From NCBI GenBank assembly GCA_950097015.1, contig CATNEN010000041.1, forward strand, positions 1,488,001 to 1,552,000: a stretch of DNA of 64,000 bases, in the 5' to 3' direction. Origin of the DNA: Macrostomum hystrix. Lineage: Eukaryota; Animalia; Platyhelminthes. The notes beneath the pieces were generated by a model. That model did no database searches. It saw nothing but the letters and a program-made list of their open reading frames with translations, and had not been told where the DNA came from. The translations under genes and the position numbers were made by a program. Of the stretch, positions 1-10,864 are shown piece by piece. The first letter of the stretch is position 1. Each line of letters opens with the position of its first letter.

Positions 1-174
1 TTTAACTCACTTGTGGACTCAAATATTTGACTAAAACTCCTTCGCTGGAGCTCTACCGGATCATGTCTATGGGTCGAAGCCCTGCCAAAGACTTGGCAAG
101 CTTTGTGAAGGAGCCGCAGCGCTGATTTAAGCAAGAAGAGCTACTTTAGTAAATTTGCTCAGACTCAGCGAAAG

Positions 175-819
175 ATGAGCAAGCTGAAGGATCTCGAGAA
201 TCAAAGCTATGCGCGCCGGTCGAAAGTCAAGAGCGACCAGGAGCCGCCCCAGTACCACACCGCCTACGGCTTCGACGAGAGCTGCGACGATGATGGAGCC
301 GAGCAAGATGGGGTCGATGACGGCGCGAGCTATGACGAAATCGAATACGCGAGCGATGTCGAGGGGCCGGAGGAGGGCAGCGGCAGCAGGGGCAGCAGTC
401 AGGACCGCCAAGTCGAGCTCCGAGGTGGCGACGGGGACGGTGATCTGCAGTTCGATGACCTGGCGCAGCTCTTGGACCTGCAGCCCATCATTGACCAGCA
501 CGAGATCGCCGACCTGGAGAAACTGCTCGACCTTCCCACCGAGGATCTGGAGCTCCCGCCAGAGAGGGACGACAGTGAGGACGACGGAGGCACAAGGTCC
601 ACTGCGGCGGAAAAGCCGGCTCCGCTGTTGCCGCACCGAAAGTCGCAACAGTGGAAGAAGAAGTCGGCAACAGTCGCCATTCGGAAATTGCGGCGCAGGA
701 ACGAGGATGGCGGCGAGGTCTCGGCGGAGGCGGACGCAGCGGACAGCGAATCGAGCGAGTCGCTGTACCACTGCGAACCTGACAAGGGCGTCGAGTTCTA
801 CCGGCTGCCGGACATTTGA
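175..819 (+). CDS. Acidic, low-complexity protein of unknown function (214 aa ORF; possibly a terminal exon or an ORF that extends upstream)
   Basis: GC-rich ORF with coding-like codon use. D/E-rich N-terminal half, basic patch WKKKS..RKLRRR, ends in FYRLPDI*. A possible in-frame acceptor (tttgctcag) ends at 162. No family recognised. Confidence 0.45.
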   Translation: MSKLKDLENQSYARRSKVKSDQEPPQYHTAYGFDESCDDDGAEQDGVDDGASYDEIEYASDVEGPEEGSGSRGSSQDRQVELRGGDGDGDLQFDDLAQLLDLQPIIDQHEIADLEKLLDLPTEDLELPPERDDSEDDGGTRSTAAEKPAPLLPHRKSQQWKKKSATVAIRKLRRRNEDGGEVSAEADAADSESSESLYHCEPDKGVEFYRLPDI

Positions 820-1177
820 CCCTGATCCCTGGGCTGCCGTCAAAACACGGAGACGTCTTGACCGTGTCCGCTTTGCCTTAATGTCGGGAGGGAGGCTGGC
901 TTCTTATTGATGATCTGATATACTGATCCCCATCTGCTAGTTTGTTTCCTTCTACTAGGATATTAATCCCACGATATTGCATTCTGTAAGGATCTTCTTT
1001 CGCATGAATATCGCACTTCTTAAGTATAAAATTATATTATAATGGAACTTACCAACCAAGCCACTTATGCCGCATTAGATTTTTTCCTTTTTTAGGTGCG
1101 GGACCGAATACGAAAAACAGGGAAAAATTCGTTTACTTGTACTTTTTCCACGCTTGAGCCCGCTTTTAAGGAGCACT

Positions 1178-1997
1178 GAGTCCGCCTTGTACAGGAAGGA
1201 GCATCGAGTCCGCCTTGTACAGGAAGGAGCATCGAGTCCGCCTTGTACAGGAAGGAGCATCGAGTCCGCCTTGTACAGGAAGGAGCATCGAGTCCGCCTT
1301 GTACAGGAAGGAGCATCGAGTCCGCCTTGTACAGGAAGGAGCATCGAGTCCGCCTTGTACAGGAAGGAGCATCGAGTCCGCCTTGTACAGGAAGGAGCAT
1401 CGAGTCCGCCTTGTACAGGAAGGAGCATCGAGTCCGCCTTGTACAGGAAGGAGCATCGAGTCCGCCTTGTACAGGAAGGAGCATCGAGTCCGCCTTGTAC
1501 AGGAAGGAGCATCGAGTCCGCCTTGTACAGGAAGGAGCATCGAGTCCGCCTTGTACAGGAAGGAGCATCGAGTCCGCCTTGTACAGGAAGGAGCATCGAG
1601 TCCGCCTTGTACAGGAAGGAGCATCGAGTCCGCCTTGTACAGGAAGGAGCATCGAGTCCGCCTTGTACAGGAAGGAGTATCGAGTCCGCCTTGTACAGGA
1701 AGGAGCATCGAGTCCGCCTTGTTCAGGAAGGAGCATCGAGTCCGCCTTGTTCAGGAAGGAGCATCGAGTCCGCCTTGTACAGGAAGGAGCATCGAGTCCG
1801 CCTTGTACAGGAAGGAGCATCGAGTCCGCCTTGTACAGGAAGGAGCATCGAGTCCGCCTTGTTCAGGAAGGAGCATCGAGTCCGCCTTGTACAGGAAGGA
1901 GCATCGAGTCCGCCTTGTACAGGAAGGAGCATCGAGTCCGCCTTGTACAGGAAGGAGCATCGAGTCCGCCTTGTACAGGAAGGAGCATCGAGTCCGC
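1178..1997. repeat. 28-bp minisatellite, about 29 copies (GAGTCCGCCTTGTACAGGAAGGAGCATC)
   Basis: Direct head-to-tail units that are nearly identical, with occasional tgtTcagg variants. No spacers. Confidence 0.97.
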
Positions 1998-2446
1998 ATA
2001 CTTCTTGCACACTCAGCAAGAAGCATTGTATGCATGTTGCCGGCAAACAGCCGCCTATAGGCATGTTGTATAGCTTTCTATAGGAGAACTTCGATATAGA
2101 CATAGGCATCCGGCCATAGACATCATTTTCCGGCATGCAATGAAATTTCTGCCGCATTTCTACTTCCGCGAGATGCGAAAGAAAGCTATGCATCGCAACT
2201 TTCACGTGGCGCATTGTTGTTTAGTTAAAACTAAAGACAAAAAATAGCAATATCATCCAGTGTGTTGTGAGTAGCTTAGATATTTGTTTACGGCCTAGCC
2301 ATGCCGACATGGTGTTGACTGCGAGCGAGACTTTTATGTACCAAAACAAACTCGGTACGTGTGGCTTGTACCAGACTACGAAGATACACTATTCATGCAC
2401 ACAGACTTTAACACAATGCAGTGTTTTTCTGGTCTCCCGCCTGCAG

Positions 2447-5400
2447 TTCTGCATCTCTCGCAAGAGCACGGAGCAGGTGTGCTCAGTGCTGCAGAAGGAC
2501 CTACAGACGGCCCTGTCCGCTGGCTCCTGTTTGGACCGCGGCGTCCTGCAGTCCTTCGCCGCCCGCCTGACCAACAAGAAGCTGAGGGGTGAGTCGAGCG
2601 CCTGGCTCTGGTCATCGATAGATTGCATCCAGGTTGCATCCAGGCTGTCAGTTTTGCACTGACTGCTACATTTTCTCAATGAGCTCCACCAAACCCATCC
2701 TGCCTTAACAAACATTTCAGAGTCTCTGTGCAGCGGAGTTGCCTTTCACCACGCCGGGCTGTCCATGGACGACAGAAAGTGTCTGGAGGAGGCCTTTCTG
2801 ACTGGCTGCCTGCCTGTGCTGGGTGCGTTTGCTCGCTTCTCTGGGACTTGGGTGAGGGAAGCTGGGATTCGAGGTGTGTTAGGTGGGATTCCAGGTGTGT
2901 TAGGTGGGATTCCAGGTGTGTTAGGTGGGATTACAGGTGTGTTAGGTGTGTTACGTGGAATTCCAGGTGTGTTAGGTGGGATTCGAGGTGTGTTAGGTGG
3001 GATTCGAGGTGTGTTAGGTGGAATTCCAGGTGTGTTAGGTGGACTTCCAGGTGTGTTAGGTGGGATTACAGGTGTGTTAGGTGGGATTCGAGGTGTCTTA
3101 GGTGGGATTCCAGGTGTGTTAGGTGGAATTCCAGGTGTCTTAGGTGGGATTCCAGGTGTGTTAAGAGGGATTCCAGGTGGGTTAATTGGGATTCCAGGTG
3201 GGTTAAGTTGGATTTTAGGTGTGAATTCTATTATATTTCTAACTGAAACATATTTATAAAGAATTTCAGTCAGGTTTCCGACCATTTATCTCGCCGTTCC
3301 CACAGCCTGCACCAGCACTCTGGCCATGGGCGTAAACCTGCCGGCTCACCTGGTCATCATCAAGGGCACTCAGCTGATTGCTGGCTCGGAGACGCATGAC
3401 TATGACAGCATCAAAGTGCACCAGATGATCGGCCGGGCAGGACGGCCTCAGGTGCGCATTGGTATTAACTCCTGCCCTCACTAAGCCCTGCCTTGCTCTC
3501 CCTGAACCCTGCCTTGCTCTCACTGAACCCTGCCTTGCTGTCCCTGAACCCTGCCTTGCTCTCCCTGAACCCTGCCTTGCTCTCACTGAACCCTGCCTTG
3601 CTCTCCCTGAACCCTGCCTTGCTCTCCCTGAACCCTGCCTTGCTCTCCCTGAACCCTGCCTTGCTCTCCCTGAACCCTGCCTTGCTCTCACTGAACCCTG
3701 CCTTGCTCTCCCTGAACCCTGCCTTGCTGTCCCTGAACCCTGCCTTGCTGTCCCTGAAACCTTCCTTGCTGTCCCTGAACCCTGCCTTGCTGTCCCTGAA
3801 CCCTGCCTTGCTCTCCCTGAACCCTTGCTCTCACTGAACCCTGCCTTGCTCTCCCTGAACCCTGCCTTGCTGTCCCTGAACCCTGCCATGCTCTCCCTGA
3901 ACCCTGCCTTGCTGTCCCTGAACCCTGCCTTGCTCTCCCTGAACCCTGCCATGCTCTCCCTGAACCCTGCCTTGCTCTCACTGAACCCTGCCTTGCTGTC
4001 CCTGAACCCTGCCTTGCTCTCCCTGAACCCTGCCTTGCTCTCACTGAACCCTGCCTTGCTCTCCCTGAACCCTGCCTTGCTGTCCCTGAACCCTGCCTTG
4101 CTGTCCCTGAACCCTGCCTTGCTCTCACTGAACCCTGCCTTGCTCTCCCTGAACCCTGCCTTGCTGTCCCTGAACCCTGCCTTGCTCTCCCTGAACCCTG
4201 CCTTGCTCTCACTGAACCCTGCCTTGCTCTCACTGAACCCTGCCTTGCTCTCCCTGAACCCTGCCTTGCTGTCCCTGAACCCTGCCTTGCTGTCCCTGAA
4301 CCCTGCCTTGCTCTCACTGAACCCTGCCTTGCTCTCCCTGAACCCTGCCTTGCTGTCCCTGAACCCTGCCTTGCTGTCCCTGAAACCTTCCTTGCTGTCC
4401 CTGAACCCTGCCTTGCTGTCCCTGAACCCTGCCTTGCTCTCCCTGAACCCTTGCTCTCACTGAACCCTGCCTTGCTCTCCCTGAACCCTGCCTTGCTGTC
4501 CCTGAACCCTGCCATGCTCTCCCTGAACCCTGCCTTGCTGTCCCTGAACCCTGCCTTGCTCTCCCTGAACCCTGCCATGCTCTCCCTGAACCCTGCCTTG
4601 CTCTCACTGAACCCTGCCTTGCTGTCCCTGAACCCTGCCTTGCTCTCCCTGAACCCTGCCTTGCTCTCACTGAACCCTGCCTTGCTCTCCCTGAACCCTG
4701 CCTTGCTGTCCCTGAACCCTGCCTTGCTGTCCCTGAACCCTGCCTTGCTCTCACTGAACCCTGCCTTGCTCTCCCTGAACCCTGCCTTGCTGTCCCTGAA
4801 CCCTGCCTTGCTCTCCCTGAACCCTGCCTTGCTCTCACTGAACCCTGCCTTGCTCTCACTGAACCCTGCCTTGCTCTCCCTGAACCCTGCCTTGCTGTCC
4901 CTGAACCCTGCCTTGCTGTCCCTGAACCCTGCCTTGCTCTCACTGAACCCTGCCTTGCTCTCCCTGAACCCTGCCTTGCTGTCCCTGAACCCTGCCTTGC
5001 TGTCCCTGAAACCTTCCTTGCTGTCCCTGAACCCTGCCTTGCTGTCCCTGAACCCTGCCTTGCTCTCCCTGAACCCTTGCTCTCACTGAACCCTGCCTTG
5101 CTCTCCCTGAACCCTGCCTTGCTGTCCCTGAACCCTGCCATGCTCTCCCTGAACCCTGCCTTGCTGTCCCTGAACCCTGCCTTGCTCTCCCTGAACCCTG
5201 CCATGCTCTCCCTGAACCCTGCCTTGCTCTCACTGAACCCTGCCTTGCTGTCCCTGAACCCTGCCTTGCTCTCCCTGAACCCTGCCTTGCTCTCCCTGAA
5301 CCCTGCCTTGCTCTCCCTGAACCCTGCCTTGCTCTCACTGAACCCTGCCTTGCTGTCCCTGAACCCTGCCTTGCTCTCCCTGAACCCTGCCTTGCTCTCA

Positions 5401-8400
5401 CTGAACCCTGCCTTGCTCTCCCTGAACCCTGCCTTGCTCTCCCTGAACCCTGCCTTGCTCTCCCTGAACCCTGCCTTGCTCTCACTGAACCCTGCCTTTT
5501 TACTTTTCAGTTTGACACGTCCGCAACGGCTCTCATCATGACATCGCAGGATAAGCAGGTTAATATAACTCCTATTAGCGTTTGTTGCACCTCGATTTGA
5601 TCTTGTAAAGCTATGCATCGCAACTTTCACGTGGCGCATTGTGATTCACAACTTCTTGTATCTCTCACCTGCAGCTCAAAATGATCACAAAACTCTGTTT
5701 CAGTCATTTTACGAAGAAGTTGTGAACGGAACACAACTGATTGAGAGCAGGTATGCTTACCTTAATAATGTGCTAGTGAAGTATCAACGGTTAGAGATTG
5801 TCAGCTTTGGCTAAATAATCTACAATTCCAGCCTTCATCATCACCTGATTGAATACCTAAATGCGGAGATTGTGCTGCAGACCATCACCTGCGTGTCCAC
5901 CGCGGTTGGCTGGCTGCATAACACCTTCCTGGGTGTGCGGCTGCCCAAGAATCCTGCGTACTACCGTCAGTCCAGTAAACTGGCTTCACACTAAACTGAA
6001 CCCTTACTGAACTGGAGCATTCCCGACTTAAACCCTTGCCGACTTGAACCCTCCTGAACCCTTAACGACCTGAACCCTTCCCGACCTGAACCCTTAACGA
6101 CCTGAACCCTTAACGACCTGAACCCTTAACGACCTGAACCCTTAACGACATGAACCCTTAACGACCTGAACCCTTAACGACATGAACCCTTAACGACCTG
6201 AACCCTTAACGACCTGAAACCTTCCTGATCTGAACCCTTCCTGATCTGAACCCTTCCTGATCTGAACCCTTAACGACCTGAAACCTTCCTGATCTGAACC
6301 CTTCCTGATCTGAACCATTCCCGACCTGAACCCTTCCCGACCTGAACCCTTAGCGGCCTGAAACCTTCCCGACCTGAACCCTTCCCGACCTGAACCCTTA
6401 ACGACCTGAAACCTTCCTGATCTGAAACCTTCCCGTCCTGAACCCTTCCCGACCTGAACCCTTAACGACCTGAAACCTTCCTGATCTGAAACCTTCGCGT
6501 CGTGAACCCTTCCCGACCTGGAGCATTCCCTACCTGGAGAATTCCCGTCCTGAACCCTTATCCAAAACGCTATTTTCTCTAAAGGCTCTGACAGCTCTGG
6601 AGACTCGGGTTGGGCGGAGCGCCTGACGCTGGACCATCTGCAGCAGCTGGGGCAGCTGCAGCTTATCTCCGTCAGCGGGTTCGACTCTGGCTGCGATGTC
6701 GGCGCTGTCCGAGTGTCGCCCAGCCCGGCCGGCCGGCTGATGGCCCGGCACTGCGTGAAGTTCGCCAGCATGCGGCGTATCTGCGAGCTGCCGCCGGACG
6801 CCTCGCTGGAGGCGCTGACTCGCGTTGTTGCCGACTGCCTGCAGTTGGAGGCGGCGGAGGGCGGCGCAGGCAGCGCTGGCGGCGATGCTGCTCTTCGGGC
6901 GTCGGACAGGCGGCCGCTCAACCAGCTGGCCAAGCGCATCCGCTTCCGCCCGGCCGGGCCTGGTGGGGTGAAGACCGCGGCCGACAAGGCGCTGGTGCTG
7001 CTGCAGGCCGAGTTCGCCGGCGAGGCCATAGCCGACTTCTCGCTGGCGCAGGACGCGCAGCGCCTAATGGCCCTGGGTGGCCGGCTGACCCGCTGCCTGG
7101 TGGACGTCTGGTGGGACAGAGGCGCCTTCGGCACCCTCATGGCGTGCGTCGTGCTCAACAAGTGCTTCAAGGTGCGGTCTCGCTATGAAGTCTCGCTTTG
7201 CCGTTCCGAAATTTGTGATGGTAGATGTACTTATAGTAGGTGTGATAGTAGATGTACTTATAGTAGGTGTGATGTTAGATGTACTTATAGTAGGTGTGAT
7301 AGTAGATGTACTTATAGTAGGTGTGATGTTAGATGTACTTATAGTAGGTGTGATAGTAGATGTACTTATAGTAGGTGTGATGTTAGATGTACTTATAGTA
7401 GGTGTGATAGTAGATGTACTTATAGTAGGTGTGATGTTAGATGTACTTATAGTAGGTGTGATGGTTGATGTACTTATAGTAGGTGTGATAGTAGATGTAC
7501 TTATAGTAGGTGTGATGTTAGATGTACTTATAGTAGGTGTGATGTTAGATGTACTTATAGTAGGTGTGATGGTTGATGTACTTATAGTAGGTGTGATGGT
7601 AGATGTACTTATAGTAGGTGTGATGGTTGATGTACTTATAGTAGGTGTGATGGTATATGTACTTATAGTAGGTGTGATAGTAGATGTACTTATAGTAGGT
7701 GTGATGGTATATGTACTTATAGTAGGTGTGATGGTAGATGTACTTATAGTAGGTGTGATGTTAGATGTACTTATAGTAGGTGTGATGGTTGATGTACTTA
7801 TAGTAGGTGTGATGGTAGATGTACTTATAGTAGGTGTGATGGTATATGTACTTATAGTAGGTGTGATGGTAGATGTACTTATAGTAGGTGTGATAGTAGA
7901 TGTACTTATAGTAGGTGTGATGGTATATGTACTTATAGTTGGTGTGATGGTAGCAGGTGTGATTGTTGCAGGTGTGATTGTTGTAGGTGTGATTGTTGTA
8001 GGTGTGATTGTTGTAGGTGTGATTGTTGTAGGTGTGATTGTTGTAGGTGTGATTGTTGTAGGTGTGATTGTTGTAGGTGTGATTGTTGTAGGTGTGATTG
8101 TTGTAGGTGTGATTGTTGTAGGTTTAAGCACTATGCAGTTCTGGTCCATAATTTAACTGCTCCTTCACACCGACTCTCTTAGGCACGCCTGTGGGAGAAC
8201 TCGGACCAGGTGAGCCGCCAGCTGCCGGGCATCGGGCCGGTGCTGGCCGCCGCCCTGACCGCAGCCGGCTACGCCAGCTTCGCCAGGCTGGCCACCGCTA
8301 CGCCGCACGAGCTCGAGACCGCGGCCGGTCGTCGGCCTCCCTTCGGCGCCTCTGTGCTGACTGCTGTGAACGGCCTCCCCCGCTACGTGCTGGCTGTGGA

Positions 8401-9064
8401 GGAGACCCCTGCCGCTGGCGGCACCTCGGAGCTGCACCTGGCCGTCAGCCTGGCGAACCGGGCGGACCTGTTGGCTCGAACCTCAGCCTCCGGGGCCGGC
8501 CGGCGAGCCCTGACTGCCGGGCCGGGCCACACCTGCGTGCTGCTCGTAGGCGATGGTCGCAACAGACTGCTCCTACGGGCGCGCCTTCGGGACGATCGCC
8601 TCATCTGGGGCGGCGCCGCCACACCTGCCTCCGCACCGCTGGAGGCGGAATACCGCTTGCGCCTGCCGCAGCCGGCAGGGCCAGCAGATCCTGCAGGCCA
8701 GCTGAGCATCGCGCTGGTCAGCGAGGCCTGGGCTGGCTTCGACCTGTTCGTCGGCTACGAGGCGGGCGGCGGCAACGGTGGCAGCGGCAGCGCGGTTCCC
8801 AGTCCATACTTTCAGGCTCGTGAGTTTCGAAAAATGTGTCTTCATAAACTCGCTACTTGAGTTTTTTATGCGTCCATTTCGAAATCAAGCCTTCTTCTGC
8901 CTCCTCATCCAGCAGCCCAAGCCGCCGACCAATCAGGGAAGTCGCAACAGAACAGCAGCAGCGGCGGTAACAAGCGGCAGCGCAACAGCAAGCAGGCTGT
9001 ACTGAATGACTTCGGATTCGCGCCCGTGCTCGCGAAGAAGCTGGCCACCGGTCAGACCGCCGCT

Positions 9065-9098
<34 letters not shown>

Positions 9099-10537
9099 TG
9101 CAGCCACCTCAGAGCCGACTGTTGGAGTTCAAGCCGCGAGCCAAACCGTTACTTCCGGCAGCTCCAGGTCAGGCCGGGCTGTCCGCACAGTCGCGTGGCT
9201 TTGAACTTCAAGCTGGAGGTTCGGGGGTGTCTCAGAGCTGGACCAGCTTGAGTTTATCTGGACAGTCTCAGGCCTTCAACGGTCAAGCTGGTCTCTCTGG
9301 ACAGTCTCAGGCCTTCAACGGTCAAGCTGGTCTCTCTGGACAGTCTCAGGCCTTCAACGGTCAAGCTGGTCTCTCTGGACAGTTTCAGGCCTTCAACGGT
9401 CAAGCTGGTCTCTCTGGACAGTCTCAGGACTACAACGGTCAAGCTGGTCTCTCTGGACAGTCTCAGGACTACAACGGTCAAGCTGGTCTCTCTAGACAGT
9501 TTCAGGCCTTCAACGGTCAAGCTGGTCTCTCTGGACAGTCTCAGGACTACAACGGTCAAGCTGGTCTCTCTGGACAGTCTCAGGCCTTCAGCAATCAGTC
9601 TGGAGTGTCAGCACAGCCGCAGGCCTTCAGCCAGACTTGTTTCTCAGGACGGTCGCAACGAAAAGACTTGGCTAGCTTCAGCGGATTGGATGTTCAACCA
9701 CATGCGCAGTCAGTTGACAGCCAGGATAGTTTTCAAGGACACTCGCGAGTCCTCACCAGTCAAGCCAGTTTGACTGCACCATTGCAAGCTACCAGAGGCC
9801 GGACTGGACACTCATGGCTGTCACAGAGCTTCCATAATCCAAACAATGGAAAATGGCAGCCGCCGGACACCACGACGCCACAATCCCAGCTGCCAGGCTT
9901 CTGTTCAGCCAGCCAGACCAAGACGTGGAGGTTCAAAAGCCAGACTAGCTTAAGCGGCCCGGCAGGATGTCCAGATAGCCAGGCAGTCGGGCAGTCGCAG
10001 GGCTTCAGCCAGGCGAGCCAGGGCTCCTTCAGCTTCAAGAGATTCTCTCTGAGTAGCAGCAATCAGGTTGCACCGGAAACTCAGCAGCAGCAGCAGCACA
10101 ATCAGGGCTTAGAAGGCCAGCCAAGCGACTGCCAGAGACAGCAGGCTCGGGTTACTTATTGGCACGGCTCTCAGCCGAGTGAACAAAACAAGCCGCGCCT
10201 TGGACTGGTGCGCACGCAGCTTGACTCGTCAGGAAGAATCGAACAGAGTGCAACTCGCAGTCACCAAGAGCTACCTCTGCACCTCAGTTTCTCGCCAAGC
10301 TTCGACCGCGGCAATGAAGAGCGCTTTAGCGACACCGAGACGGAGCTGCAGGACTGTCCGAATTCGAGCACTCACAGCCACTTGCGGACACCGCCGGCCG
10401 CCTCAGCCAGCATATCCAGCGCGCAGCTGCGCTCGTTTCAGTTCAAGAGTCTCTTAAGTCATCAGCAACCGGCGGCAAGCCAGCCTGTGCCGCTGCCTCC
10501 GACACCACGGCGCCACCTATCTCCGCTACTACCGACT

Positions 10538-10578
<41 letters not shown>

Positions 10579-10864
10579 GCCACCTTGTTCACCGTCGCCT
10601 CCGACCCTGCCTCGCCCGCTGCCTCCGCCGCCGCCGGCCCTCTCCAGCATTGACGAATGGTCTCAACAGGTTGAGCAGGCTCTTCTAATGTCCGGCGTGT
10701 TTCCCGTGGCTGCAAACTCTATTGAGACCGCATCTGATGTGCCCAGATCCGGCATCGAAGGCGGGAGCTGCCCGGATGACCCGAGTGGCCTGCCCTGCGA
10801 CTTTGCGGGCCTCTGGGACATGGCCGCCGTCGAGGATGAGGAAGAACCGCTCTTGGAAGAATAA
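2447..10864 (+). CDS. HFM1: HFM1/MER3 ATP-dependent DNA helicase (helicase C-terminal domain, winged-helix/Sec63 region, long low-complexity tail); 5' part not found in the window
   Basis: Exons with consistent GT-AG phases: 2447-2588, 2721-2822, 3306-3451, 5511-5558, 5704-5750, 5832-5965, 6585-7171, 8183-8819, 8913-10864. They give [43 protein letters not shown]|[21 protein letters not shown] and KCFK|[15 protein letters not shown], all matching the HFM1/Mer3 family. A probable further exon lies at about 2261-2354. Confidence 0.9.
2863..3223. repeat. 21-bp intronic minisatellite, about 17 copies (GGTGTGTTAGGTGGGATTCCA)
   Basis: Tandem units inside HFM1 intron 2823-3305. Confidence 0.95.
3480..5497. 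repeat. 21-bp intronic minisatellite, about 96 copies (CTGAACCCTGCCTTGCTCTCC), with a 626-bp higher-order period
   Basis: Fills HFM1 intron 3452-5510. Diagnostic variants recur at 3754/4380/5006 and 3817/4443/5069. Confidence 0.97.
6040..6560. repeat. About 16-20-bp degenerate intronic minisatellite (ACCTGAACCCTTAACG and variants)
   Basis: Tandem units inside HFM1 intron 5966-6584. Confidence 0.9.
7215..8122. repeat. Compound intronic minisatellite: 27-bp unit (GATGTACTTATAGTAGGTGTGATAGTA) grading into a 15-bp unit (GGTGTGATTGTTGTA)
   Basis: Tandem units inside HFM1 intron 7172-8182; the unit switches near 7940. Confidence 0.95.
9258..9592 (+). repeat. Coding 39-bp repeat (13 aa, [13 protein letters not shown]), about 8.5 copies, in the HFM1 terminal exon
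   Basis: In-frame tandem repeat within ORF 9026-10864. Confidence 0.9.
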
